In this document: one piece after another, positions 28,040-43,450 of the stretch
Position numbering within the stretch: position 1 is the first letter of the stretch
Layout of the letters: the number at the start of each line of letters is the position of its first letter
Assembly (NCBI RefSeq): GCF_009914755.1
Contig: NC_060936.1
DNA from: the human T2T-CHM13v2.0 reference genome, Homo sapiens
Length of the DNA stretch: 64,000 nt
Reading direction: 5' to 3' (one strand)
Notes under the pieces: model-generated
Database searches by the model: none
What the model was told of the DNA's origin: nothing
Seen by the model: only the letters and a program-made list of their open reading frames with translations
Position numbers and translations under genes: made by a program

Positions 28040-29500
28040 GGTCACACCGCCATGAAGCGGTGCACCTGGGAGTGGACCGAGATTGTGTGACCCAGAGAAC
28101 CGGCTCTCCGCGCTCAGCTGGAGCAAGCGCACCGGCCTACGGATGTGTGACTCTCCTCACAGCCCGAGCGGCCGGGCTTCACGGTATGCACAGGAGTGCG
28201 CAGGTGGCCCCGGAGGCGCTCGCTGCCAAGACTCCCCACCCCCACCCAGCCCAGCCAGGCCCGCCCACCCGCTATCTGCCGTCCTCTCATCAGGAAGGTG
28301 GGTTTCCTGCTTCCTCCGCGGACGCCGCCTGGGCAGCGCTTGGTAATAGATGACTTCCTCCTCCGCCGCACCCTCCCGCCTCCCTGCCCACCTCTCCAGC
28401 CACCCCCGCCCTCCCCTGAGCCCCTGACCCTGTACCCCAGCTCACCAGCTCCACCTGGGGCCCCAGGCCTTCCAGAATCCGATGTGCAGCTTCAGCCTTC
28501 TTCTGCAGGGTGATGGCGAAGAGGAGGAATTTTTTTAAAAAACAAAAAAACACAGATTATAAATAGAGGCTTCCCGGAGCAGCGGGCACCTGCCCAGCCC
28601 AGTCCAGCATGCTGATCCTCAGCACGGGGGAGGGAGGCCCGGGGCCCCCTGCAGGCCCTCCCCACGCTGGAAAAAAACACAGAGGAGCCTCAATACCCCC
28701 ACAGCGGCCCCAGCAAGCCAGCCAAGTTTCGATTTTAGCAAATGCGCCGGGTCCACTGAAGCCTGCTCCCCGGCAGGCGCGCAGGCCTCGCTCCCCCAGG
28801 GCCCAGCGACGTGGGCACCGCTCCCCACCAGCCCAGCCGACACTGCCAGCCCTGAGATGCCTTCCCTCGCCCTGGAAGCTGGTTGGGTTGTCTACAATTA
28901 CCTCAGAGCTAGTGCAGCCAGCGAGGGAAGGAGGAGGAGGAGGAGGAGGGAGGGTGAGATAGAGGCGCTCGGAGATACCCTTTCTAGGATTCTTGTGTTT
29001 CACAATCATGTGATTATTTCTGGGCTGCCCCGGGGCCTCCCCGCCTCCTCCCCACTCACAACTGGGGACTTATTAGGAAAACAGGAACATGTGGCGCAGG
29101 GCTCGGTGGCCGCTCCATCAATAGGCTGGACCTCCGGGCCCCCACCCCGGCCCTCGGTGTGAAGGCAGACATTGTGCCTCGGCCAGGCCCACCAGCCCGC
29201 AGCCTGGGACCACCAGGGTCCACTCACAGGAGGCCTGGAGGGCAGCCCAGGCCAGCCGGGTACAGGGAGGTGGGGGGCGGAGGGGCTCCTGAAGGTGGCT
29301 TCATGGGGGCTGTGGCGGAGGGCAGGGGCAGAATTTGCGTGGGTTTGGGTGCCCCCTGCACCAGGCTAAACTGCGTGTGTGCTGGCAAATGGGTGTTCAC
29401 AGGCTGGCACGCGGGCGAGCCCCTGCTGTGACTCAGCTGCATTGGGGCAGCCACTCAGTATTTGGCAAGGACTAGGCGGACAGGCCGCAGAAGTCACCAT
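28040..29500. promoter_or_regulatory. CpG-rich intragenic regulatory region surrounding the 57-nt exon
   Basis: Dense CpG; TATAAATA/MEF2 ttataaatag 28557-28566; M-box tcatgtga 29006-29013; (GGA)n about 28930-28953; no recognisable transposon from about 28100 to 29500. Confidence 0.55.
28446..28502 (-). CDS. NCOR2: NCOR2 coding exon (57 nt): KKAEAAHRILEGLGPQVEL
   Basis: Acceptor accctgcag|AAG, donor CTG|gtgagc; phase 0 to 0. Confidence 0.95.
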
Positions 29501-32500
29501 CACCATACTGAAACTGTCCCCAGTGACCCCAAACCAGATTGGCCAAAAGGAGGTGACCCCAAGCCCTGGGAAATGTGGCTGCCAACAAAAATTTGACGCA
29601 GCCTTTGCCAAGATCTCCTCGCAGGGCGGAGGTGCCCAGGCTCCCGGGCTGCAGCAGAGAGAGGAGGGCGTGGCAGCCCAGCATCACTCCCCCTCCCCAG
29701 CCCCCGGAGAAAGACAGCAGGTATGTAGGTGGGCTCAAGCTGGAACCTAGAGCTGCCTCCGCCTACAGCCCAGAGCCCGGCCCACCAAGAGCAGAGCCAT
29801 GCTCTTGGCCACCTTCAGGCTGAGCCAAAACCCCGAGACCTGCAGCCTCAAGGTGCGGCTGGGGGCCAGAAGAGCAGGGGAGAACTATTACAGCGATGGT
29901 CACTTCTCCAAGCACCTGCCATGAGCCAAGCGTCGGGCATACGGTGTGTTCTTAACATGTCAATTGCGCATAAGCGCCATGGGAGGTACAGGCAGGAGTA
30001 GCCCCATCTCACAGATGGTGAAACTGAGGCACAGAAACAAAACACAGGGAAGAAGCCCTTCTTATGACCTCCAGGATCCACGGACAGAGGAAGCCAAGGG
30101 CCAGGTCCCATGCAGGACCACCCCTAGGCTTGGGACTAGTATTTCCGGTGGATGGGGGCAGACATCACCCGGAGAGTCAATGTCCCAGCCACACCCTCGA
30201 AGCAGGAAAGAGTCTGCCCTGGGGTACTGAAGATGGGAGAACCCCTAAGCCAGGCCCAGTGAAGGACTGGGTATGGGGTAGCATGGGGGCAGGGCAGCTC
30301 CCAAACACTGGGACCTGGGGAGAGACATGGAATGAATGAGACCTGGCCCCTGCCTGGAATAAACCCAAACAATGGCTGTTGGTTAAGAGCAGTAACAGCA
30401 GATTAGTATGCTCAGGCAGATAAAGGTATGTGTGAAAGTGGGGCACAAGTCACTCTCCCAAAAAGGTAACAGGAGGGCTATATAGGCTGGGTTTTGAGGG
30501 ATGAATAGGAGTTTGTGTATGATCTGTGGGGATCAGCAGCAACTGTCCATCTAGATAAAAGAGTGATACCAACGGAAAGGGCCAAGCCACTAGAAACTAC
30601 ACGGCCACACAGCTAGCACCTAGAGAGCAAGGAAGACCCCTTCTTCACCTGCCAAAGCCACAGGGAGCCCCACCTCCTCCTGTCTCTCTGGGGTGTTTCC
30701 TTCACCTCCTGCCCCCACATCCCCTGCTCCCAGTGTTGGGTTTGTTCCTGCTCCACGGTCTTCTCTGGTCCTGCTTGTCAGCCTCCTGGGGAGGTGGGCC
30801 TGTGGAGCCCTGTCCCAAGATGGGCTGGCCTTTCTCAACACACCTGCCCAACATCTGGGAGTCGGCTGTGCTCTAACCCTCAGCAATCTGAGTCTCCTGA
30901 CTGAGTCTGGCCTCAGTCTCCCCATTCACGAAACGGCCACACTCACCCAGGGTACCAAACTCCCATGACCTCTGCAAGGACGTTCTGCAGGGAGCAAAGT
31001 GAAGTGCATGTCATCCCTTCCCTCTTTGAATGCAGAGGAGATACCCTCTAGAACGTGGCATGGCTGGGGAACGTGGACGCAGGCCACAGATTCAGCCTCA
31101 TGCCAAAAATTCCCCCTCACCTCCTCGGCTGCTGTCTTCCTGCCACCCTGAGCACCAAATCCAAACTCCTCGCCAGGGTCAACAGGGTCCCAGCCCTCAC
31201 AGGACCTTGACCTCTGCTGGCCCCTCACTGTCCCCTGCACACTGAAAGCCACTACTGCCTCTGAGCCTTTGCACCTACCGTTCCCTGCCTGGAATGCTGT
31301 TCCCCACATCTTCACATGCTCTCGCCTGCCTCTTGCTCATGTCTTGACTCAGCCTCCCCTCCCCACAGAGGCCTTCCCTGACCCCCCGCAGCAGGGCGGT
31401 CCACCTCCCTCGACCACTCGTTTTCCCACCTGGCTGTCTTCACAGCACATGCGGTCAGGGATAAGGGTCTGCGTCCCACTGTTTATCTTACTGGCCACCT
31501 CCCCTGATGAGGACTCCATGAGGAGCAAGGTGCCTGCTCTGTTCTCTGCTGCACCCACAGTGCCTGGACAGTGTCTGGCTCACAGTGGATGCTCAGGAAT
31601 GGTCTAAATACCTGGAAATGGAGTGCGGCTGGCTCCCTCGCTCAGGCGGTCTCTGGGGCAAAGCATTCTTGTACCTGCAGGCTGTCCGGTCCCAGCCCAG
31701 AACCCTGTCCTCTCTCCACGTCGCTGCAGCTGGCCCAGGGCCTCCCTGCCTCTCCACCAGGACCAGAAGAGGCCAGCGCTGGCCACCAAGCTGCTATCGT
31801 CCAGCAGGGCCCAGCACAGGGTTGAGGGCAGTGGGCACTTTCTCCAGGGCCATGGGGGAAGCAGTCCACATCCCGGATGTGCCTGGCCTTTCCAAGGACA
31901 CGGAGTCCTCTCTGCCCCCTCCATAGAGGTGGATGAGAGGGCAGGCCCTGTCTCCCTGCTCTCCAAGCCACAATCAGGATTGCCAAGCCTCCCAGTAACC
32001 TGTTTCTGGGGTGCAGGGGCTGCCCCATTTTACAGATGGGGAAACTGAGGCTCGGAGAGGACACTTGGATAGGAGGTCACCAATCCACACAGTTCTAGGC
32101 AAAATCCCAAACCCTTCCCACCTGAACCTCTCCCATCTAGAACATTCCCCAACCCCAATATTCCCGTGGCTGATATCTCCACATCTCCTCGGCCCCTTTG
32201 GGGGCCACCTCCCGACACTGTCTCCCTGGCTGCCCCTGGTCCTGGCAAACAGCAAGTGCTCCAACAGGAGCTCCTGTCTGCATCTTCCCCATGCGGGCCC
32301 AAGGCCCAGCTTGCAGGGGACGCCAGGACACACTTGTTAGAGCTGAACTAACTCCACCCAAGGGTGGCAAAACTCAGGGACTGCTCCGGCCCAAAGGAGG
32401 GCTTCAGGCTGGGCTGCCACCTTCCGGCTGGGAGGCTGGAATTCAGGGGACTCAGCCCCAACCTGGGGGAGAAGGGAAACAGGCCTTTCTCAATCCCGCT

Positions 32501-32929
32501 GAAACCCGACTGCCCCCACGCACGTCCTCCCACGTTCCTGGCCTTTGGGGGCCGAGGTCTCTGCTCTGATCGTGGTGGGTGGGGCTGACGCCGCAGGGGA
32601 GGTGGCCAAGCCTGAGAGAAGCCACTGCCCAAGCTCACCTGGCTCTGAGAGGAAAGGAAAACCTAGGGACTCAAGCCAATGAGCGGCCCCGCTCACCGTG
32701 GCGTCCACCCCCTGTAGGGGCTCTCGCCAGCCAACTGAGATCCGGGCACGTTCTCATTCGAGCAGTGGCACCCCTGCAGAGACTCTGGGTCTGCGTGGCC
32801 AGGCCTCCCATGCCCAAAAAGCCTAGGAGCTGTGCTGGGGCACACAAGTCCTTAGTCACCTATGCAGACGGGTCCACGGGAGCACCAGACCCACGTTACC
32901 AAGTGCACATGCCAAGATCTAGGAACACG

Positions 32930-33545
32930 CAAAGACATACACACATGTCCACACACATCAAGGCGCACGCACATACACATGTGCACCCAAGTGAACACAT
33001 GATGTAACCACACCCGCCCCACACCCGCCATCTCACGCACATCCACCTGTACACACATGCACACAGCCTAACGTGTACCCATGTGAACACATGCGTATGC
33101 ACACAGGTGCACAGATGCACGAATACCTATATACATGCCTCACATGTGCCAATTCGTGGATGAATGTTCACGCATGTGCACACAGCACCCACAGGTATAC
33201 CTGCACACATACACGCACCCACGTGTGTATGCATGGATGTGTAAGTGCACAGATAACCACAGGCCCCACATGCTGACTCATATACGCTTATACACATGTG
33301 CACACAGCCATCCAGAGGTCCACACATACACACATGCCCGCATACACACACCCAAGTGTGCTGTATCAATGCACGAATCACCACATGCTCGTCCCACACA
33401 AGCTGACTCTTACTCTAAGTATTCACATACAAGTATGCACAGCCATCCAAAGGCACACGTGTATCTAACACACATACCACACATACATCCACCCGTATAC
33501 ACACGTGTACCCACAGGCACACAAACCACACATACATCCACATGC
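32930..33545. repeat. Degenerate CA/CATG-rich low-complexity tract
   Basis: Direct reading. Confidence 0.85.
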
Positions 33546-36500
33546 GGCTCTCCTCTAGAGCACAGAAACAGACCTGACACTCATCACTCCCTAGCCTCTC
33601 CCCTGCCTGGAAGCCCCATCCTAGCCCCTTCTCTGCCACACTGGCTTCCTCATCTGCAGATTGGGGGCAGCACCTACTCACCCAAGAAGCCCCGAGCCCC
33701 CAGTCCTGCACCCAAGCCCCTCCGCTGGCTGCAGCAGTGCCTCAGGGCAACGGCCTACCCGGAGCTTCAGCTTCCTCATCTGCAAACAGAGCCCCATGCC
33801 CATGAGCCCCGTGCAGAGCTCTCCCAGGGTGGGTGACGAGCAGGAAAAGCGGCAGGTCAGAGGACGCGTGCAGCAGCCTCGCGGGGCTGAAACGGACAAT
33901 CTGAAAGAACCCCTGGACCCTGGGGGCAGTTTTGATGACCAGGTGGCCGGGCATGGAGGCCAGAGGTGGGGGCCTGGCCCAGGATGCTGAGGCCACAGGA
34001 CGGGGTCTGAAGCACTGCTCTGAAAATCTTCAATCAGGGGATCTGATGCTGGGCCCTACAAACAAGCATGAGGAGTGCCAAAACCCCCAAAAGGCTCTAC
34101 TGAATGCTTCACGTTCACGGTGACTGTTAATGGTATTATTCTTCTTTGCCCTGCTCAGTCCCGATCACACTGTGCACACACTGAGTCCTAATCACATCAT
34201 ATAAACACTTTCCTTTTAAGACGCTTAAACTGGAAGACAAGGACCTGAGTCTTCTGCTGATTTCCGCATTACTCAGCAACTGGGGTTGCCGCTTCCATCA
34301 ATCCTGCCTCCTCTCCACCTTGTGAATGAGCCATCTACATCTCTATTGGAAGCAGCCTTCTACCTTTCCCCAGTCGACCTAGCTCAAGGCCCGTCTCCTC
34401 TATGAAGCCCATCCTGACTGTTCCCCAGTGTCCTGAATTCCTACGGTACCAGCAACCTGTGCTGCACAAATGCCCCTTATGTATCCACACATCGCTAGCG
34501 CTGCCTCTGTGTATGTTTTATCCAGATTCCAAGTGCGTGCCTTGTCCCGGAACCAACAGGCTCCTACCTCGTGCCCACCACCTTTGAAGATCAAAGGAGA
34601 CGCCAGTCCCCTCTCTGGGACTTGGCCTGTGCCATGCCCCCTCACCCTAACGCCCTCCTTCCGGCCCACCCGCTGCCTCCAAGAAGCCTTTCCCAGCACC
34701 CACTTCCAGGTCACGCTTCTGCCCTCCTGGGCCCAGGCCACCCCGTCTGCTCCTGCTCTCAGGCTGCAGCCACCCTGATGGCTGCCCTGCCATCTGTGCA
34801 CACCTGCCCGGCCCCCACCCACGCAGGCAGCTCCCAGGAGGCGGGGAGGCGGGAAAAGCCTCGCTCAGCGGGTGCCTCACCAATGTGCTCCGAATGGATA
34901 ATGAGCCAGACTCCAGCACTCAGAACTGCCAGGCGGGCCCTGCCCGGCAGGGAAGCTGCGTTTTCCGGCTGGCTCGAAAAACAGACCCTTGTCCTCCATC
35001 TCTCCAGGAACCAGCAGGGAAGGAAGGCAGATTAAAATTTAATCCTACTGATCCCCCAAGGGGCGGTAAGTCCTGGCTGCTCCTGCCAAAGGCGGCTGGG
35101 GGCCTCCCGCACATTAGGCTGCAGGCTTTGGAGGCTCAGAGACTCAGCCCGGGCGGAGGATCCCCACCAGCCCCCACGCCCCCAAACCAGAGGCCTCTTC
35201 CACAGGCCAGAGCTGGCCACCCGCCTCCATCTCCCCTCCCTTCCTGCCGCCTGAATATTTGCACAATAATTATTTAATGTGCATCTGCCGTGTGGTGAGC
35301 ACTGTTTTAGGTGCTGGAGATGCCACTGGAAATAAAAGTGGGCAGGAATAAAATCCCTGCCCTTACGGAGTTTCCATTCATAATAAACAGAATAAATAAG
35401 TAAAACAGAAATCATGTCCCATGGGGACAAGGGCTAAGGAGAATCAGAAGCCACAAAGGAGGAAAACGGGTGTCATCCTGAAAACTCCTTTTCCTGAAAA
35501 AAGGGTTTTCAGTATTAAGTAGAGGGTTGAAACGGGTCTTGCTGAGAAGGGGCCACTTCAGCAAAGAGGGAAGTGACAGTATGAGCCTTGCAAGGAGAGG
35601 AGCTCCAGGCAGAGGGCCAAGGCACTGCAGCAATGTGCTGGGCCACTGACCTGGCCTCCACAGCTGCTGGAGAGAACCGTGTCTGCTCTCCACCGAGGAT
35701 CAGAGAGGGCAGGTAGAGGTGACACTCTCAGGAGCCCTGCCCATGTCCCCTCCACTTTGGGCTCCTGGAGCCATCTCAATCTTGGCTCCAAGTCCCAGGC
35801 TCAAAGCTCACTTGCTCTGCAATCTCAGGGAGGTCTCCTTCCCTCTCTGAGCTTTGGTTTCTTGATGAGCAAAATTGAGAGAATAACAGTAGTTCTACTA
35901 AATGCAAATAGTATTCTATTAAATGCACAAGGTAAACAAACACAAGAAGAAATGAGAGCTATGATAATGACAATTAATAGCACCAGCTGGCACTTCTTTG
36001 GTGCCAGACACTGTCTGTCCTAAGGGCACTAGGAAATTACCCCTTTAGTCCCCACACCAACTGTACTAGGTGATGCCGTCGTTGTCATTGTTTTAAAGCT
36101 GTGGAGCATGAGGCACAGGAAGGTTTAAGTACAACGCTCCAGGGTCACAGAGCCAGGAAGTGGGAGAAATGGGATTTGAACCCAGGATGGCTGGCTGAAG
36201 GATGTGTGGCCCCTTGGCTCTCCTATGACTGTTACTAGTGGTGCTTGGGGTGAGGGGTCAGGGTGTGGGAGAGTGAGCCGGGCACACAGTTCCCAGGCCC
36301 CAAACAGGCTTGTCTCATTCTGCATGACATCGCTGTTTCTAGAGGTGGAGGCATAGCCAAACAGGTTGATCCAGTAGTTCCCTGCCTCAGGCTGCCACTG
36401 CAGGCACCCACCACGTGACTCGAGGCCTCCCCACCCCCACCTCAACTCTGAGCACTGATTGGCCAAGGAAGATATTACAGAAAAGGCAGCTGGGAAGGGT

Positions 36501-37512
36501 GGCTGGGACTACAGGCAGGAGGGGAACCAGAGAAGCCAAGGCAGGGAGAGGAGGTTCCTCATCTGTCATGCTTCACAAGGACCAGTCCCTCTCTGGGCCT
36601 CAGTTTCCTCATCCAGAAAATAAGGGAGGGGATCAACATCCACAGATCCTGAGTACATTTAGAAAAAGTACACTGTAAATCATTAAAGCCCAGCTGGTAG
36701 TGGCTTGACTGGGAAGATGGGGAGCTTACCACCTCACCAGACACAAGGTTCCACCTTGGGGGTGCACAGACCCTTAGGGTCCAGCCCCTGGAGACACTGC
36801 TCTGAGCATCCCAAGCCCCTCCAGCAAGACCAGACCCACTATAGCTGCCCCCAGTGGGATCTCCATGGGCCTCCACAGCCTGCTCCAGACTCTGTGTTTC
36901 AATCATCTCAAAGGCCCCTTCCAGGGCCCAGTGTCAGTGGAAGCCAGTGCTGAGAACTCAGGCCCTGTGGTCTGACAGCCCACAGGTTCAAATCCAGGTC
37001 CAATGCTTCCTAGCTGTGTGACTCTGGACAAGTCACTTAACCTCTCTGGGCCTTAGGAAAATGGAAATGACACCTGTACCTGCCCTTCCAGGACTGACAG
37101 GAGGGGCTGCTCCATGAAACCTCACTGCTGCGGTCATAATGTCATTATCTTTTGCCTTAAAGGGATTTCTTCTGCACCAGCACCTAAAGTGGCAGCCCCT
37201 TACCCTTGGCCATGAGCTGGACCCTGGTGCTCTCCTGGAGCCCAAAACCTCTGTTTTGTGTTGCATCCTGCTGACCAGCCACAGTCCACACCCATCTGAG
37301 TGTCTGAGCAGAACAGCCCAGAGGCCACACCAGGATGGCTTTCCACCGGTCACCTTCCCCCACCCACTCATAAACCCTGCGTCTCTGGGGGAGAGGGTGG
37401 CGAGGTCCCCTCCCCACATAGATGGAAACACTGAGGCCTGATTCATGGTGCCCCCTGTGAAGCGCCTCATGGCCAGCACCGGGGGGCAGCAGGCCAGGGC
37501 GGGGACACATAC

Positions 37513-37626
37513 CCGGTTCTCGTCGTAGATGATCTGCACCAGGCTGCGGTGCTTCGACTCGATGGGCGGCGGTGACACGGGCTTCTCAGGCTCGGGCGGC
37601 TTGGCAGCCTCCTCCTCCAGCTGTTG
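37513..37626 (-). CDS. NCOR2: NCOR2 coding exon (114 nt): QQLEEEAAKPPEPEKPVSPPPIESKHRSLVQIIYDENR
   Basis: Acceptor ctctccccacag|CAA, donor CGG|gtatgt; phase 0 to 0. Confidence 0.96.
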
Positions 37627-38094
37627 CTGTGGGGAGAGGCAGAACGTGAGGGATGAGCACCCCAGCGGGCGGAAGGAGGGCTGCAGCCCCCAGGGCGCGG
37701 GGAGGCCCCCTTGCAGCCCGGGCCACGGCCGCGCACAGGAAGTCAGGCTGCTACACATTTCCTGTGAGTCACCCCAGGGACTCCGCACCCGGGAGAGGCC
37801 CCAGCTCCAGGGCCAGCTGCAGCCTCCAAGCTCCAAAGCCAGGTTCAAATCCTGCCTTCGTGACTTGCCAGCCAGGGAAGCACAGCCAAGCAGCCTCACC
37901 CTGCTAGCCCTCAGTTGCCCCATCAGTAAACGGGGCTGATTGCCGTGCCGCCATTCTGACTGTGGTGAGAACTGAATGAGTTACACAGGCAGGCACAGTC
38001 AGGCCTGCTCCGAGCCGGCATTATTACCCATTACGGTTCCTACAGGCAGCATCAGTGCTAGGAGAGGCTGTGCAGACTCCACAGCTGCACTGGT

Positions 38095-38282
38095 GAGACT
38101 GGAGCCCAACTCCCACTCCTACTTACTGCGTAGCCTTGAGAAGCTCCTGGACCTCTCTAAGCCTTACCTTCCTCTTCTGGAAAATGGGGATAAAAGAGTT
38201 ACTACTCTAGAGAGCCGTTGTGAAGGTGAAATGAGCTCATGATGCGTGCAAAGCACGCAGCACCTGACACACAGGTGCTCCT
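38095..38282 (+). mobile_element. MIR SINE whose tail runs into the CAT VNTR
   Basis: acctctctaagcct...aaaatggggataa...gttgtgaaggtgaaatgag...aaagcac...cacctgacacacaggtgctc. Confidence 0.75.
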
Positions 38283-40397
38283 CATCAACCCCATCATCCT
38301 CATCCTCATCACCCCCATCATCCTCATCCTCATCACCCCCATCATCCTCATCCTCACTACCCCCATCATCCTCATCCTCACTACCCCCATGATCCTCATC
38401 CTCATCACCCCCATCATCTTCATCCTCATCACCCTCATCATCCTCGTCATCCTCATGACCCCCATCACCCTCATCCTCATCACCCCCATCATCCTCTTCC
38501 TCATCACCCCATCACCTGCATCCTCATCACCCTGCTCGTCCTCATCCTCATCACTGTCATCCTCATCACCCCCCTCATCTTCATCCCCATCACCCCCATT
38601 ATCCTCATCCTCATCACCCCCATCACCCTCATCCTCATCACCCTCATCCTCATCACCCCCATCATCCTCATCCTCATCACCCCATCATCCTCATTCTCAT
38701 CACCCCCATCACCCTCATCCTCATCACCCCCATCATCCTCATCCTCATCACCCCCATCATCCTCATCCTCATCACCCTCATCATCCTCATCCTCATCACC
38801 CCATCATCCTCATCCTCATCACCCCCATCACCCTCATCCTCAACACCCCCATCATCCTCATCCTCATCACCCCCATCATCCTCATCACCCCCATCATCCT
38901 CATCACCCCCATCACCCTCATCCTCATCACCCCCATCGTCCTCATCCTCATCACTGTCATCCTCATCCCTCCCCTCATCTTCATCCTCATTACCCCCCTC
39001 ATCTTCATCATCTTCACCCCATCATCCTTATCTTCATCACCCCATCACCCTTATCATCCTCATGACCTCCATCATCCTTATCACCCTCATCATCCTCATC
39101 ACCCTCATCCTCATCACCCCATCACCCTCATCTTCATCACCCCCATCACCCTCATCATCCTTATCCTCATCACCCCCATCATCCTCATCCTTATCACCCC
39201 CATCACCCTCATCCTCATCACCCCTTCATCCTCATCCTCATCACCCCCATCACCCTCATCCTCATCACCCTCTTCACCCTCATCCTCATCACCCTCATCC
39301 TTATCACCCCCCTCATCCTCATCACCCCCCTCATCCTCATCACCCCCTCATCCTCATCCTCATCACCCCATCATCCTCATCACCCTCATCCTCATCACGC
39401 CCATCACCCTCATCATCCTCATCACCCTCATCATCCTCATCCTCCTCACCCCCATCATCCTCATCCTTATCACCCCCATCACCCTCATCCTCATCACCCC
39501 TTCATCCTCATCCTCATCACCATCACCCTCATCCTCATCACCCTCTTCACCCTCATCCTCATCACCCTCATCCTTATCACCCCCCTCATCCTCATCACCC
39601 CCCTCATCCTCATCACCCCCCTCATCCTCATCCTCATCACCCCCATCATCCTCATCACCCTCATCCTCATCACGCCCATCACCCTCATCATCCTCATCAC
39701 CCTCATCATCCTCATCCTCCTCACCCCCATCATCCTCATCCTCATCACCCCCATCATCCTCATCCTCATCACCCTCATCATCCTCATCCTCATCACCCCA
39801 TCATCCTCATCCTCATCACCCCCATCATCCTCATCCTCATCACCCCCATCATCCTCATCCTCATCACCCCATCACCCTCATCCTCATCACCCCCATCATC
39901 CTCATCCTCATCACCCCATCACCCTCATCCTCATCACCCCCATCATCCTCATCCTCATCACCCCCATCACCCTCATCCTCATCACCCTCTTCACCCTCAT
40001 CCTCATCACCCTCTTCACCCTCATCCTCATCACCCTCATCCTTATCACCCCCCTCATCCTCATCACCCCCCTCATCCTCATCAGCCCCCTCATCCTCATC
40101 CTCATCACCCCCATCATCCTCATCACCCTCATCCTCATCACGCCCATCACCCTCATCATCCTCATCACCCTCATCATCCTCATCCTCATCACCCCCATCA
40201 TCCTCATCCTCATCACCCCATCATCCTCATCCTCATCACCCCATCATCCTCATACTCATCACCCCCATCATCCTCATCCTCATCACCCCATCATCCTCAT
40301 CCTCATCACCCCCATCATCCTCATCACCCCCATCACCCTCATCCTCATCACCCCCATCACCCTCATCCTCATCACCCCCATCATCCTCATCCTCATC
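38283..40397. repeat. About 2.1 kb CAT/CCT/CACCC VNTR (unit about 24 bp catcacccccatcatcctcatcct)
   Basis: Direct reading; almost no G on the + strand. Confidence 0.95.
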
Positions 40398-41164
40398 TGT
40401 CCATGTATGAACCCCCTCCTCCTAACACCGTTGGAAAGAGCATCCCATCATGCTGCCGTCTGCTTCATAGCAAGAGGGAGGCTGAAGACCAGAGGGTTTA
40501 GGGCACTGGCCCAAGGTCAGATGGAAGGCCAATGCCCCATTCTGCAATGTGACAGGGCATCACAAGTGAGATCAGAACATGGTTCTGCTCCACTTATGAC
40601 GCTCGCACAGCCTGCACATTACCACAGAGCAGATCAGTATGAACCCAGAAAGGTGCCCAAGAAGAAGTGAACACAGGAAAAGCCAGAAAATCCAGGATGC
40701 TGGCTTTTACAGACTCCATCGCTGGCGGTTTGAGCAGAACTGCCTCAGTCCCACAGCGACCCCTGGTGGTCGCTTCAAGAAGGGCATCAAAATGCTCCCC
40801 CAAAGCACGGAACAAACAAAGCCAAGAAGGGGAAGAAGCCCACAGCCCCGAAAGGGTGGGCAGGAGGGAGGCTCCCTCCAGCCAGGGAAGGTGGCCCTTC
40901 CTCAGGTACTAGAGAAAATACTACCTGGGACACCTACAGAGACCCAGCTAAGAGGGTGACTAGCTCTGCTGGGCCTGGATTCAAGCCTGAGCCCCCCGCT
41001 CACCAGCTCTGCAGCCTCAGCCAGGGCCCTTCACCTCCCTGACCTCAGTGTCTACTTCAGCAGAACCTGTGGGTATATGCCTACCTCATAAGGTTGTTTG
41101 GAAGATCAAGGAGATAATGCTGAAAAAACTGCTGCACAGCAGTGACACGCTATAAAGGGCTCTC

Positions 41165-42200
<1,036 letters not shown>

Positions 42201-42937
42201 ATGCCAAAGTGGAATTTAGAGGGGAAAAAACAAACAAACAAAAACCTAACCATTGAGGGCTGCCTTGAGCCACCTGGCTTCCAGCTGCAGTCACCAATGT
42301 GTGCCAGTGACCCGCAGCTTCAGCCCCACCCCAAGGCCAGGCCTGGAAGCCTAACGGTGCGGTACCAGGCTGGCCCTGGCAATGCCTGCCCACGCCGCTG
42401 GGGCCCGGCCCCTCTCGGGATGCCTGTGCCACCAACATGAGACCTACCCACTGCCCACTGAAGCCTAGGACAGTTGGCAGAGTCTCCAGGACCGGGTCTC
42501 ACTGCTGGACTATCCTCAAATCCTGGTTCCCCCAACCACGTGACAGCCACGATGGACACTTGAAATCAATGCTCTCCCCCTGGAGCGTCCTTCAAAACCC
42601 AGCTACCAGGGCACCTCTTCCTGGAAGCCTACTCTCACCAGCCTTCACCCACCTGCCTACAGTGGCTAAAATGAGCCCTTGATCCTCCTTGGAGCCCCTA
42701 CTTCCTTGTCTGGAGGGCACTAGATATGAGCCTGTTTCTCCCATTAGTCTAGACGCTCCCTGGGGCCCAGACAGTGTCACAATGACTCAATCAACCATTT
42801 TTAATGAGCACCTACTATGTACCCCATGCTGCTCAGAACACAGCAGTTAACAGGGAGACAAGGAGAGGACCACTGTATAACAAAGCTGGGTCTATATTAA
42901 TTCAAATAATGATGTCACCAGCAGGGTGATGAGACAG

Positions 42938-43450
<513 letters not shown>

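Noticed and set aside
28290-28553. ORF extending the 57-nt exon upstream in frame (alternative N-terminus)
   Set aside because: It starts at GTG just after a TAA, has no ATG, and runs through the pyrimidine tract
38202-40501. 723-aa and 479-aa His/Pro/Ser-rich ORFs
   Set aside because: Translation of the CAT/CCT repeat, not a gene
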